A stretch of 64,000 nt of DNA from Eledone cirrhosa (GCA_964016885.1 OZ024757.1:19778001-19842000), one strand, 5' to 3'. Counted from the stretch's first letter, positions 47,660-61,777 are shown. Numbers and translations: made by a program. Notes: a model not told the origin generated them from the sequence alone.

Positions 47660-49028
47660 TCACAGGCATATATACATATATATGTACATATATACATATA
47701 TCTGTTAGACATGCAGTGACTAACAACAGAATGTTTTAAGTCTGCATGTCTGACATATATGCGTAGCTTGTGAATAAAAAATTCAAGGGGTTTTCGCTGG
47801 CCGTGGTGATCCCTGCCAAATATCTTTTGTAATGTATGGTCTTATTGGCTAATTTCATCGTCTTATTGGCTAGTCAACCAATGAGAGTAATTGTTACTCA
47901 AAAGCATCCACCACTTTGTTTGCACATTTATTTATCGTTTCACTTTCAAATCTTCCTCCTGTATTTCGTCGTTTATCATCAAAATATTTTTCTCGTTTTG
48001 CTAAGTTATATTGTTAATTTAAATATGATTTTTTAAAATTTATATGAACTATTTTTTTTCAGTTTGTTATAACATGCTTATAATATTGGTTGTATATACT
48101 TGTATATTTGTCCATATTATTGTTTGTTTTATGTTAGATTATTTTATTATTATTATATTAGATTATTTTTTTATTATTATGTTAGACTATTTGTATGTAA
48201 TATTTAATTTTTATTAATTCAACTATAACAATTATTATGTAAAATATATTTATTAATATTGATTGTTTTTTTGTAGTTTATATTAAAAGTCTGAAAATAT
48301 TTTTATACATCTTACAATAATATTTATAAGATCATTTATAAAATAACAATTATATAATCTAATTACATTACAACGATAATTTATTATTAATATATATCAT
48401 GTTTAACTAGAGTTATTACAAGCGTTGCCTTAAAAATATTAAACTAGACCTGAAAAATGCTCAAAAGAGCCACAGAATGTTATAATAAACCTTCAAAAGT
48501 GTGGGACTAGAGTTGTTGCTCAAAAATATTGTAATCATTATCTATCGTACACTCTGTGGCATCCTTTTATAAAAAAGAGACTCATAACTAACTCAAGACA
48601 ACACGATAATTATTTAAGTGAATTTATAATATAGAATTCGGTTTAAGTGCATTTCGTATTAATCATTACTAAACATCTAATAAGAGATATTGAACATTAG
48701 CTTAAATAATTATCGTATCGTCTTGAGTCAGTATATATATATACATATATATATAAGGAAAAAAGCTGAAATCGAAAAAGCAACTGGAGTCTTTTTTTTT
48801 AAATATATATTTGGTTCCTTTATAGGTTTCGCAGTTCTTATGCTTTTCAAAAGTAGGATTGAGATGGGGGGTTGTGGTTTTTCTCACAAATAATATATAT
48901 ATATACACACATATATACATATATATATATACACACACATGTATATATATATAAACAGGTGAAACTCCTGTAACAAGACACATTTTAGCTTTAATAAAAA
49001 TGAATATAAATATTCTCAAAACCAAAAT

Positions 49029-49097
49029 ATATATTTTATTATACCTATTTCAAAGGTACAATGGTGTTTCAGTACGTTTTCATCAGATAAAATATAT
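49029..49097 (-). ncRNA. Minimal type I hammerhead ribozyme motif
   Basis: atatattttat-CTGATGA-aaacgtac...gtaccttt-GAAA-ta(gg)ta-TA^ataaaatatat: perfect 11-bp helix I and intact core. Confidence 0.75.
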
Positions 49098-49232
49098 GAG
49101 AGATTGGATATGCGACATACCGCCAAGGTTTTGATTATATATATATACATGTATATATATATGTATATATGTATGTATGTATGTATGTATGTTTGTATAT
49201 ATATATGTATGTATGTATATATTTTTTTTTTT

Positions 49233-49970
49233 TGAGCGTTTCCATCAGATGTGTCTCAGATGGATCCATGGCGTTCACTGTAGGCACCACATCAGTGATG
49301 TCGAGATTTTGGAAAGCTCTATGTGTGACAGTATAGAAGCTCTTGTGCTTAAGCAACGACTCCATTGGAGTGGTCACCTTGCCAGGATGAAGGATTCTAG
49401 AATACCAAAACAACTCATTTATGCAGAGTTTGTTAAAAGAAAACGACCACCACATAAACCAAAAAAGAGGTATAAGGATTCCTTGAAAGCCTCTTTGAAA
49501 GACGCTAACATCTCTGCTGATACATAGGAAAATGTTGCTGCTGATCGTAATAAATGGAGAAAGACTGAATATGAGGGGAAAGTTGCCTTTGAGGCATCTC
49601 GAATCGCATACGAGAAAGTAAAGCGAGATGTGAGGAAGGGCATTGCTGTTGCACTTCCAGACGGCGAAGGTCCTCCTATGGTGCTGACATGCAGCGTCTG
49701 TGCGAGACTCTGCCTAAGCAAAGCTGGACTCGAAAGTCATCTTTGCAGTCATAAAGTAAGACCAGTGGTTGACTACCAGGCTGCTGTTGGAGATGCCAAG
49801 CATGTGGTAGAGAATGTAAATCAGCAGGAGGGCTCAAGCGACATGTAAAAGTACACAAACTCCAACCACAGCCGACTATTCCCAGTGAATGTTTTGGTAG
49901 CCAACTCTGTGCAAGACATTTTAGATCATTGGCTGGGCTAAAAAGCCACATTCGATCGCAGCGCTGTTAA
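49233..49970 (+). mobile_element. Degenerate 3' part of an RTE/BovB-like LINE with C-terminal C2H2 zinc finger
   Basis: QRLHWSGHLARMKDSRIPKQLIY...KRYKDSLK, an in-frame stop, then CSVCARLCLSKAGLESHLCSH. Confidence 0.8.
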
Positions 49971-50695
49971 TTGCGATCATGTGTCTGTGCAGATATGTTT
50001 ATGTGTGTGCGCGTGTGTGTATATATATATATGTATATTATTATTATTGTTGTTGTTATTATTGTTGTTGTTATTATTATTATTATTGTTATTATTATGG
50101 GGTTTTTTTCTCGTGCAATGGCCATACTCGATAACAAGGGGGGTAGCCATCATCATGTATGTATGTATGTATGTATGTATGAATGTTCTTCTGGTTTTAT
50201 AATTTCACAATTTTTTCCCAATAGAGAGAGAGTCGGTTTCTAACAAAGACACAAGACTCTCCCATTGGAATTTACACGTCAACTAGGTAGATATGTATGT
50301 ATGTATGCATGTGTAGATATGTATGTTATTGTATGTGTGGATGTGTATGTTATTGTATGTGTGGATGTGTATGTTATTGTATGTGTGGATGTGTATGTTT
50401 TGAGTTGTATGTGTGCATGTGTATATGCTTTGTATCTGTACATGTGTATATGCAGTTATTAGATGCAACATTTTTGGAATGTTTTACATATTTTTACTGT
50501 TCCATTAATGGATATATGTATGTATATAATGTATGTATGTATGTATACACATACACACACATATATGTATGTGTATATATTTGTGTGTGTGTGTGGATAT
50601 ATGTACACATATATGTGTGTGTATATATATATATATATATATAATATATGTACATAAATATATATAATATATGTACATATATATATATGTACATA

Positions 50696-53600
50696 TCATC
50701 ATCATCACCGTTTTACGTCCGTTCTTCCACGCTAGGATGGGTTAGACGGGTTGTTCTGTTGTGGGCAGTGTCTGGTTGGCTGACTATGCCTTGCTCATAC
50801 AGGAACTGATTTGGCTTGATTTCTACAGCTGGATGCCCTTCCTAACACCAACCTCATTTACAGTGAGTGCTGGGTGCTTTTTCGTGGTGCCTACACGTCC
50901 ACTTTACAGTGTGGGCTGAGTGCTTTTTTGCCGTGGCACCTCCACGACCACCTTGCAGTGGGAGGGTGTGGGGGCATATTGTCTATATAATTCAGCTTGT
51001 ACCCATGGGAGGTCAGGTACTCTGTATTACTGCGAGATGCCAGAGGTCAAGATCGTGTGTCATCGCCTTTGAGAGGTATAATTGGGTACGGTCGGCTTTT
51101 ATCACCTCATCCCAGGTCATCTTGGGTCTCCCCACTCCGCGGTTTCCATCGACTTCTAGTGCTCTGCACCTTTTTATGCAGCTGTCATCCTTCATACGCA
51201 TCACATGTCCATACCAACGCAACCGTCTCTCCTGCACACAGCATGATTCCTCTTATGCTCAGTCTCTCTCTCAATTAATTTATGCTTTGTCATTCGCGTA
51301 TATTACTATTACACATCCATCGGAGCATGCAGGCTTCGTTTCTCTCTAATCTACGTAAGTCTTCCACCTTCAGCGCCCAGGTCTCACTACCATGTAACGT
51401 TGCTGTTCGGATACACGCATCATACAGTCTGCCTTTCATTTTGAGGGAGAAGCCTTTTGCAGCTAGCAGTGGCAGTAGTTCCCTGAACTTCTTCCATCCC
51501 GTTCTTACCCTAGTTATTGTACTTTCTGAACACCCACCTCCGCTGCTTATTCGGTCACCTAGGTAGCAGAAGCTGTCTACTGTCTCTCCAGAGCCCTCCC
51601 AGAGATTGGTGGTACTTGTTTCCTGTGACTGTTTGGTGCTTGCTGTCCCAGTACAGCTGCTGCATGTGAAGCCTACATTCTTAATTAAGCTTCTTGAGAT
51701 CCCGCTACATCTCTTGTGTACCCATTGTTTGCATTTGGGGAAGAGAATGGAGTTCCTACCTACACCTTTCCTACATACTGAGCAAGGCCATTTCCCTGAG
51801 GGGATCTGGGTTCTGTTTTCTCATCTACTTACAAGGATCTTAGTCTTTGTCATGTTGACTTTGAGACACTTTCTTTCTAGTCCCTGCTTCCAAGTTTGGA
51901 ATTTCTTCTCTAGTTCTACCATAGATTCAGCTATAAGTGCGAGGTCATCAGCATACAGGAGTTCCTATGGGCATCCGGTCTTAAACTCCTCCGTTATTGC
52001 CTACAGGACTATGATGAACAGGAGGGGGCTAAGAACAGAGCCCTGGTGGACCCCAACCTGTACGCTAAATTCCTCGCTATACTCATTGCTAATCCTAACT
52101 TTGCTGACTGCTCCCCTATACATGGCTTGTACAGCTTTCCCAAGCCATTCATCTACTCCTATTTTTCTAAGAGCCCACCAGATTATAGCACGTGGAACTC
52201 TGTCAAAGGCTTTCTCGAGATCGCCGAATGCCAGGTAGAGTGGCTTACTTTTAGCTAGGTACTTTTCCTGTAGCTGCCTCACAAGGAAGAGGGCATCAGT
52301 GGTGCCTCTTCCTGGTACAAACCCAAATTGCATCTCATCTAGTTTCACCCGGTCCCTAATCACCTGTGCTATAACTCTTTCTGTTACTTTCATGACCTGG
52401 TCCATCAGCTTTATACCTCTATAGTTTCCTCTATCGAGTGCATCACCTTTACCTTTGTAGCAGTTGACAATGATGCTACTGCACCAATCTTTTGGTATGA
52501 CACCTTCTAGTATTACCTGGTTAACAATACGTGTGGTTATAGTGTGACCTACAGACCCAGATGCCTTCAGCATCTCGGCAGCTATACCCGATGGACCGGT
52601 TGCCTTCCCCGTCTTCATATCTTTGATTGCCTTACTTACTACACTGCTGCTGACTTGTACTGCTGGCCCCTCTATAGGGTCTACTTGGGGTAGGGTCTCT
52701 TCTTCCCATGCATTCTCCTCATTTAGTAATCTATCATAATGGCTCTTCCATGCATCTTTCTTCTCAGCACTTGTGAGGGCAAGCTCACCTTTATCATTCC
52801 GGATATACTTCTCTCCAATGACATCACAATTCTCTCTGACATACTGCCTCACAATCTTGAGCACATCCTGTTTCTGGTCCTCACGTTGTAAAACATGCTT
52901 GAATTTTCTATCCTCTGCTTCCCTCCTAGCTAAGTATACTTGTCGCCTAGCTTCCCTCTTGGTCTCTCTGTAATGTACCCTGCTCCCCCCGTTCTTCCAT
53001 TCTTTCCATGCCTGTCTCTTGGCCTTACTGCCTCATCTACCTTATTGTTCCACCACCAAATCACTCTCCTCCTGCTTGTGGTCTTACTCCAGCCACAGAT
53101 CTCATCCGTCGCCTCTAGTAAGTTATTTTTTAGGAACTCCCAGTGCTCTTCTACATTGAATGTCTCTATCTGTTCTTCTCTACTGTCGTAGGCATTGAGT
53201 AAAATATCTTTAAATCTGTTACTGGTTGAGGGGTCTTTCAGCTTCCAGATCTTTCTTCTCCAGGTTGGCCTCTGTTTCCAGGTTCGTCTAGTTCTGACCG
53301 TGAGGTCGCTGACAACTAAGCTATGTTGGGAGGTACATTCCTCACTAGGGAAGGCTTTTGTGTTTACGACCGTCCATCTGTCACGTCCTCTGATGAGGAT
53401 AAAATCTATCTGACTAGAATGCTCCCCTGATCTATAGGTGATCAGGTGGTTGTCGGGTTTTTTGAAGTTTGTGTTACATATCGACATGTCATTGGCGTCA
53501 CAGAATTCTAGAAGTCTGAATCCTTCTTCATTTCTTGTGGTGCCAACCCCATGGCCTCCATGGACTCTATTGAAGCCATCACAGTGTTTACCTATGTGTC

Positions 53601-54030
53601 CGTTAAAATCTCCTGCGATGATTAGGAAGTCATTGTCATTTGTTAGAGCAGTAGTGTGCATTAGGGACTCGTAAAATCTATCCTTAAGTTCGTCTGGCAA
53701 CCCCGATTGGGGTGCATAAGCTGATATTAATGTGGTAATTGTTTTATTCAGGACTAGTCTGAGTTTAATGATTCTTGCATTTACCCTGTACACTGAGATT
53801 ACTTTATCTACCCACTTGTCAGCTAGTAGTATACCTACACCACCCATCCCATCGTCATTTCCCACCCAGAAAAATTTGTAGCACTGACTTTTTCCTACAA
53901 GGACTCTAGCAGACTCTCCTCTCCATCTAGTTTCTTGCACACAGCATACATCAATTTCCTTTCGCTCTAGCATTTCTACGATTTCTCTTGCTCTTCCTTT
54001 CATTGTGCTTACATTGATGGTACCAACTCA
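50696..54030 (-). mobile_element. Near full-length but disabled RTE LINE (family 1): APE, RT, Cys/His domain and 3'UTR
   Basis: VQETRW, SAYAPQ, GDFNGH and IDFIL (APE); QGSVLSPLLF and YADD (RT); premature TAG stops near 52001 and 51966, frameshift near 53020; (GAT)n tail at 50696. The 5' UTR may extend toward 54400. Confidence 0.93.
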
Positions 54031-54482
54031 GAGTTTTGGGCATTTGTCAACACTCGTAGGGAAGGGTCGATTTTTGCAGGGGTGTGGGTGTGCTTCCTCT
54101 CTCTGGATTGGGGCTTCACATGGGTGCTTGGTAGCTCGCGGATTCATATTCATTTCATCTATTAATTCAGAGTTGCTCCAATTTATTCTCAGCTCATCCA
54201 TACATAACGGTAGGAAAATTCAGGGCTAGAAGAACAGTGGTGGTGGTAATAATGGCAGGGTGTGTTGGGCTGGGACGGGGGAGGAGAGAGTTAGGTAGTA
54301 GTAGTAGTAGTAGTAGTAGTAGAAGAAATGGCATGCTGAGGTTTGATTAGTCGAATAGGCTATGGTGGTGGGAGGGAAATTGTGAGGTAGGCAGCCAGTC
54401 ATGTCATCAAAATAACCTATAGAAGTGAATACAGCATGGCAAGATAACCGATAGAAATGAATACAGCTACAATAATAATAAT

Positions 54483-54663
54483 TGTTTCTACTTTAGGCAC
54501 AAGGCCAGCAATTACCCAGTGCATTACTGGTACTTTATTTTATCGACCCCGTAAGGATGAAAGACAAAGTCAACCTCGGCGGGATTTGAACTCAGATCGT
54601 AAAGGGACGTAACTATGCTGGAAAGCATGGCGTCCAACCCTATACCGATACTGCCAATCCACC
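54483..54663 (-). mobile_element. SINE family A with TSD GCTACAATAATAATAAT
   Basis: The duplicated 17-mer sits at 54466-54482 and 54664-54680. Confidence 0.85.
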
Positions 54664-55424
54664 GCTACAATAATAATAATAATAGCCAGTCATGGCCTGT
54701 AGCCTTTGATGGAAAAATAGACAGATAGAGAGTCAGTATGGTAGGGGAAAATGAGGATAACAAAATAAATGTGTTGTGGTAGCTGAAATACCTGATAATA
54801 TTTGTATGGATGGATAGCTGGAACGTAGCTAAACAACTCTAGTGATTCATTTTAGCCTTTCAGAGTAGAGTGTGTCTTATCTCTTCAATAACTTCAAGAT
54901 GAGTGAGAGGGAATGGGTGAAGAGGGAACGGGAGGTAATAGGTGGCTTAGAGATAGATAGAGAGAGGGTAACCATCATAGAGAGAGATATATGTATATAT
55001 ATATATAATATATGTACATATATATATATATAATATATGTACATATATATATATATATAATATATGTACATATATATATATATATATAATATATGTACAT
55101 ATATATATATATATATAATATATGTACATATATATATATATATATAATATATGTACATATATATATATATAATATATGTACATATATATATAATATATGT
55201 ACATAAATATATATATATATGTACTATTCACGCACACACACACACACACACATTTTATATGTGCGTCGTTTTGTATATCCATGGGTAGTGTTTTTGCGTA
55301 TGCTTGTGTATGTACGTATTTGTATGCGTGTATGTATTTATATAATTTCTATTACCTCTGTATTGTATTTTATTTACTTTATTCTTAACTCTGAAGCGGA
55401 GTTTCATTCGGTCTCCTAGTTAGA

Positions 55425-55700
55425 ATTTTAGTCTACGACTTCAGCTATACCATTTACGTGGTTTTGTCTTTGCGTGCAATTGTTCTCTACGCTCCACATA
55501 TGACGTATTATCTTCGTTTTTTCCGTTCATTGCCAGAGAACATCTCTATGAACCACCTAAGAGAACATTAGTCTACGACCTCTTTTATACCATAAACGTG
55601 GTTCTGTCTTTGCGCGTAATTGTTTTTCACCGCTCCTATTAATGACGTATTATATTCGTTTTTTCCCGTTCTTTGCCAGGGAGCGTTTCTACGAACCAAA
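55425..55700. repeat. Diverged tandem duplication of about 143 bp from an unclassified interspersed repeat (inverted partial copy at 19777-19824)
   Basis: TTAGTCTACGAC...ACGTGGTTYTGTCTTTGCG occurs twice. Confidence 0.7.
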
Positions 55701-56688
55701 GTATCGTCTTCCTGTCTTCCTCCGGTTGCAACGTTTTTTGAAATATCCACTTCTGAGTTTACAGATTGACTTTGTTAGTTTCAGAAGATCCCGTTAAGGG
55801 TGAAAGCAGCGATTCTTTGCTTAAACTTTAATCTGTTATTTTAATAAATATTTGCTCTACGGTTCTTATATATTTGTATATATTTATCCTTATCGAGCCC
55901 TCTTTGGATTTTAGTCTTCAAATTTATTATTATTACTATATATATATATATATATATAACGGTGATGAATTAGTTTTGCGAGACAACAACACAACGGTAA
56001 CATAGACAACATAGAAGTTAGAATAATATCTAAACATAGAAATGACCCACCAGATAGGCAAATCAGAGAGGCCAGCGAAATAGAACTTAGAAGGCCAAGG
56101 CTAAACAGAAAAAATGAATGGAATAACAACAACACCCAAACAAACAACACTGACCTAAGAGAAGTATAAATAGATAGATAGATAAATAAATAAATAGATA
56201 AATACATACACAAGCACAATAACAACAAACACATATAAACACACACTAGTAAACTAAGATAGAATACATTAACCAATACACAGTCACCCAAACAAGAACA
56301 CACATCAAACAAAACACTATACGCAAACGCATGCGTAGAGAAGACAAAAAAATAAACAAATAAATAGACTAAATAAAGATGGCGTAAACATACAATGCAA
56401 CGGGAGGAAACATAATAGCAACACTGATGATGTTGCAAATGTACAACGAAAGAACTTTGTTAGACTATATATATGTGTTTGTGTCTATATAGCATCTGTA
56501 TTTTTTACCGTTGGTCAGTCAATGGCAACATTGAGGACCGAATAAATTAAATTAACCGATATAAAAGACACAGAAGCGAAAACCAACCAAACAGTGAGTG
56601 TGTTCTGTTATTAATGGCAATATTATTACACAAATATGACCCTCGCCATGTATAACAATATATATATGTACATATATATATATATATA

Positions 56689-56787
<99 letters not shown>

Positions 56788-56814
56788 ACATATATATATA
56801 TATATATATGTGTG

Positions 56815-56976
<162 letters not shown>

Positions 56977-57012
56977 TATATGTACATATATATATACATA
57001 TATATATGTACA

Positions 57013-57082
<70 letters not shown>

Positions 57083-57439
57083 TATTGAAGTTTGCTTGAA
57101 GCATTGTGGAACAATAAGTAAATATCTTTATGTCGTTTGGAAGCCTCGACAATGCAAATGGGTAAATCTCCGGGTAACAAGGTCCGGTGGTGGAGAGAGA
57201 GAGATGTAAGTGGGTGTACGCTGAGATGCGTGGTGTGTATAAGATGTGTGAGATGTGTAGAATGAAGGGAAGAGTATAAAGGATAAAAATAAAAATAACA
57301 ACACAAGAGAGAGTTACCTTGGGAGAGATTTAAAGTCCCTATATATTTCGGATTCACATCCATCAACTGGGGTTTTTTCCGGGGTGGGGGAAAAGGTTGT
57401 CTGTCGGACAAGTCCGGATCGCGTCTTTCGCTGTTACAC

Positions 57440-57494
<55 letters not shown>

Positions 57495-57532
57495 ATTAAA
57501 TAAATGGAAAACTATATTTATAAAACCATATT

Positions 57533-57598
57533 TATTTCATTATATATATTTCGGGGATATCATATTAACAATATGCTATGCCTTCATCAGACAAAATA
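57533..57598 (-). ncRNA. Hammerhead ribozyme motif (left arm of palindrome)
   Basis: Exact reverse complement of 57730-57795. Confidence 0.65.
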
Positions 57599-57729
57599 CA
57601 ATATAAACAGTTTTATAGATAAATATATTCGACATACCGTAATAAACATCAACTTCATTTGAAGAGGTTTACGCTAGCGTAAACCTCTTCAAATGAAGTT
57701 GATGTTTATCTATAAAACTGTTTATATTG

Positions 57730-57795
57730 TATTTTGTCTGATGAAGGCATAGCATATTGTTAATATGATATCCCCGAAATATATATAATGAAATA
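57730..57795 (+). ncRNA. Hammerhead ribozyme motif (right arm of palindrome)
   Basis: tattttgt-CTGATGA-a-gg...catatt(gtt)aatatg...cc-GAAA-tatata-TA^atgaaata; 8-bp helix I with two GU pairs. Confidence 0.65.
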
Positions 57796-57923
57796 AATAT
57801 GGTTTTATAAATATAGTTTTCCATTTATTTAATATTGTAAATATACTCCAAATATTTGTCGAGTGCTTTTATATCAGTTATAAATATTTACTAGTTGTAA
57901 CCCAACAATTTTAAATATAACTT

Positions 57924-58076
<153 letters not shown>

Positions 58077-58149
58077 GTCAATATATACATGTTTCTATAT
58101 GTCTCTTGTGTTGAAAAGGAGGTCAAGTATGTAAAAAATCACTGAATAA

Positions 58150-58198
58150 TTGCTCCGAAGACTCCAAACCTCGGTTTGGAAGAAACAATTGTAAGCAA
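58150..58198 (+). ncRNA. Hammerhead motif with U4-to-C core change
   Basis: ttgct-CCGAAGA-c-tccaaacc(tc)ggtttgga-a-GAAA-caattg-TA^agcaa, overlapping a downstream AATAAA. Confidence 0.6.
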
Positions 58199-58269
58199 AT
58201 AAATGATTTAAACAGAACTTTGATTCATGTAATTTCTCTCTATATATATATATATGTGTGTGTATATAT

Positions 58270-59254
58270 ATAACTTTGAATAACTTTGAAATGTTTTGGC
58301 CAGTATTGGCCCAGGCCATGTCTAACTTAATAGCACCACCTGGCGAAGTCTTTCAATTCAGGATTTGGGCACCATGGCCCATTCGAGAAGAGAATTACTG
58401 TTTGCGGAGACATATCTGGGTGTGGGTGGTTTGTCCGGGATTACTTGGAGGAATTTGTCCAAAGACTTCTTGAATTTTGTGTGGTCAGTTTCTGTTTTGA
58501 CGTGTCCTGGTGTGATGTTGAAGAGAGCAGGGCCGATTGAGGTGAAATAATTGTGCCGTATTGTTGTTATGAGTTGCGATTTAGATTTTTGAATGGGACG
58601 GATAGCACGGGGCCCAAGCCTTGGGTGTATCTTGAAGGCGATGCCAACATCATTTGGGCAGTGATGATGGAACATTTTCCACATCATGCAGATAATATAA
58701 CGCTCACGGCGACGTTGGAGTGAGTAAAGTTTCAGGTTTTCTAATCGACCCCAGTAGTCAAGGTCTGACATGCCATCTATCTTTTTCGTGATTGCCCTTT
58801 GAGGAGCTTCAAGTTTCATGATACTTTGTTTCGTGTGGGGAGACCACAGTGGACAACAGTATTCAAGGTGTGGTCGGGCGAAAGTAGAGAAGAGAAGGAT
58901 AATGGTGCGGAAATCTCTCGACTGGAAGGTTCTGAGGATCCAGGAACACATTCTGCGGGCCATGTCAACTTTGCTGCTTATATGCGTGGTCCAGCTTATG
59001 TTGCTGTCGACGGTTACTCCCAAGTCTCTGATGTTGTTAGATGCCACGAGAGTTTCCCCGGAGGGAAGGGAGTACGGGAGTTTCAGAGCATCCTCTTTTC
59101 CAAAGTGGATCAGTTCGAATTTGTCTTCGTTCAGTAACATGTTGTTCTTTTCTGCCCATTGGGTAACAGCCAGTAGGTCTGACTGAAGGCTTATCCGGTC
59201 ATCCACGCCATTGATGACCTTTTGGAGCTTGGAATCATCAGCAAAAATTTTAAT
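58270..59254 (-). mobile_element. 5'-truncated CR1 LINE, near-identical to 30795-31779
   Basis: Same 3' tail; about five substitutions seen by eye over about 985 bp; truncated just upstream of FADD; flanked by TA/TG repeats. Confidence 0.95.
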
Positions 59255-59287
59255 ATATGTGTATGTATATATATATATATATATGTG

Positions 59288-59330
<43 letters not shown>

Positions 59331-59369
59331 ATATATATATATATTTATATATATATATATATATATGTA

Positions 59370-59430
<61 letters not shown>

Positions 59431-59437
59431 ATATATA

Positions 59438-59484
<47 letters not shown>

Positions 59485-59675
59485 ATATATATATATATGT
59501 GTATATATATGTGTATATATATATATATGTGTATATATATGTGTATATATATATATATGTGTATATATATATATATGTGTATATATATGTGTATATATAT
59601 ATATATGTGTGTATATATATGTGTATATATATATATATATATATGTACATATATATATGTATATATATATATATA

Positions 59676-60986
59676 CGAGGGGGGATCAAAAAGTTCGCTG
59701 AATTTTATCGTAGTAAGAAAAAAATAGATTAAAACAATATTAAACATGTCAGAACATTGTCACTGGGTGTTTACCTTGCTATTAGTCACTTGCAGTCAGT
59801 TACGCGTGGACTATTGTACAGTACTGACACTCTTTAAAAAACCTCTTTTTGGAACAATAGAAAATAGTTATTTTGAGATAAGATCGAATATCAAGTTTCT
59901 GGTGAAACTCAAATGGAAAGGGGCACAGATTATGGAGACTTTAGTTAAAGTTTACAGTACTACTGCTCCAAAGAAAACTGCTGTCTACAAGTGGATTCAG
60001 CGATTCAAACAAGGGAGAGACAACCTTGAAGACGACCATCACAGTGGAAGACTAGGAACATCAAAAAATGACCAAAACGTTGAGGCTGCTCAGACTTTAA
60101 TTGAAGGAGATCGAAGAATAACAGTTAATCAGTTAGCTAAGTCCCTAGACATTTCATATGGTTCGGCAAATACAATTCTGCACGATAATTTGGGACTAAG
60201 TAAACTTTCAGCGCGATGGGTCCCAAAAACGTTGCGCCATGATCAGCTGATTCTTCGAAGTGATCTGTCTTTGGCGATATTAAACAAAATTGATGTTGAT
60301 GAAGAGCATTTCCTGACCAGAATCATCACCGGAGATGAAACCTGGATCTACCAGTATGATCCTGAATCCAAACAGCAGTCAAAACAGTGGCTTCCACGTG
60401 GATCATCAGGGCCAATCAAGTTCAAATCTCAAAAGTCGGATCAAAAAGTGATGGCCACCATTTTCTGGGATTCAAATGGGGTGATACTAATAGATTATTT
60501 TCAAGGTCAAAGAACTGTGACAGGAGCTTACTATGCAAATGTTTTAAGGAAGCTGAAAGAGGCTTTAGTCAAGAAACGAAAAGGGAAACTTCATGGTGGG
60601 ATCTTGTTTCACCATGACAATGCACCAGCGCATTCTGCGTGGGTTGCAAAAGAAGTTCTTCGAGAATTTCGATGGGAAGTGCTTCCTCACCCGCCTTATA
60701 GTCCAGATTTAGCCCCATCAGACTTTTTCCTCTTTCCAAAACTCAAAGAAATGCTAAAAGGAACCCGTTTTAGTGGTGTTGAAGAAGCTAAAAACACTGC
60801 GAACACATGGCTTCGAACAAGGCCTTCAACTTTATTTAGAGACGGCTTACGAAGCTGGAAGCATCGCCCTGTCAAGTGTATTGACCTGGATAGCAACTAT
60901 GTAGAAAAATAAATTGATGGTAAATCATATTTTTTGAAAAATAGAATATTTTCTGAAAAATTCCGCGAACTTTTTGATCCCCCTCG
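59676..60986 (+). mobile_element. Full-length mariner (Hsmar2/irritans-like) DNA transposon
   Basis: TIRs CGAGGGGGGATCAAAAAGTTCGCTGAATTTT and AAAATTCCGCGAACTTTTTGATCCCCCTCG, TA on both sides, 1311 bp. Confidence 0.95.
59746..60912 (+). CDS. Mariner DD34D transposase, open reading frame
   Basis: [20 protein letters not shown] and YSPDLAPSD, with 34 residues between the last two catalytic Asp. Confidence 0.9.
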   Translation: MSEHCHWVFTLLLVTCSQLRVDYCTVLTLFKKPLFGTIENSYFEIRSNIKFLVKLKWKGAQIMETLVKVYSTTAPKKTAVYKWIQRFKQGRDNLEDDHHSGRLGTSKNDQNVEAAQTLIEGDRRITVNQLAKSLDISYGSANTILHDNLGLSKLSARWVPKTLRHDQLILRSDLSLAILNKIDVDEEHFLTRIITGDETWIYQYDPESKQQSKQWLPRGSSGPIKFKSQKSDQKVMATIFWDSNGVILIDYFQGQRTVTGAYYANVLRKLKEALVKKRKGKLHGGILFHHDNAPAHSAWVAKEVLREFRWEVLPHPPYSPDLAPSDFFLFPKLKEMLKGTRFSGVEEAKNTANTWLRTRPSTLFRDGLRSWKHRPVKCIDLDSNYVEK

Positions 60987-61204
60987 TATATATATATATA
61001 TATATATATATATTACACAAAGAGAAGTGTGTTACACAGTGAGATGTGTGTAAAGAACTATTACGAGTGGTTTTACCGTTACTGTATAGGGAACAACATC
61101 TACAGGTTAGCAATTAAAAAGAAAAAAACCAATTCAGAATCAAATCTCTGGATTAGAGTTTTAAATTACAGTGAACTGCGGAGTGCTCTTAATTCCGATC
61201 TTTG

Positions 61205-61243
<39 letters not shown>

Positions 61244-61249
61244 ACATAA

Positions 61250-61305
<56 letters not shown>

Positions 61306-61308
61306 ACA

Positions 61309-61351
<43 letters not shown>

Positions 61352-61353
61352 AC

Positions 61354-61411
<58 letters not shown>

Positions 61412-61473
61412 ACATAAATATATATATATATATATCTACATATATATATATATGTACATATATATATATATGT

Positions 61474-61528
<55 letters not shown>

Positions 61529-61561
61529 TATATATATGTATATATATATATATATATACAC

Positions 61562-61706
<145 letters not shown>

Positions 61707-61720
61707 TATGTACATATATG

Positions 61721-61777
<57 letters not shown>

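Larger units (their letters stand above)
57489..57839. repeat. Spacerless palindrome of about 350 bp with a 23-nt asymmetric insert
   Basis: Centre ACGCT|AGCGT at 57675/57676; the arms match except for 57619-57641, present only on the left. Confidence 0.95.

Noticed and set aside
47780-47890. Promoter suggested by three CCAAT/ATTGG boxes
   Set aside because: No associated exon or start site; more likely part of an unclassified repeat.
59746-60912. Domesticated SETMAR-like gene
   Set aside because: No SET domain was seen, and the TIRs and TA duplication are intact, so this is a transposon copy.
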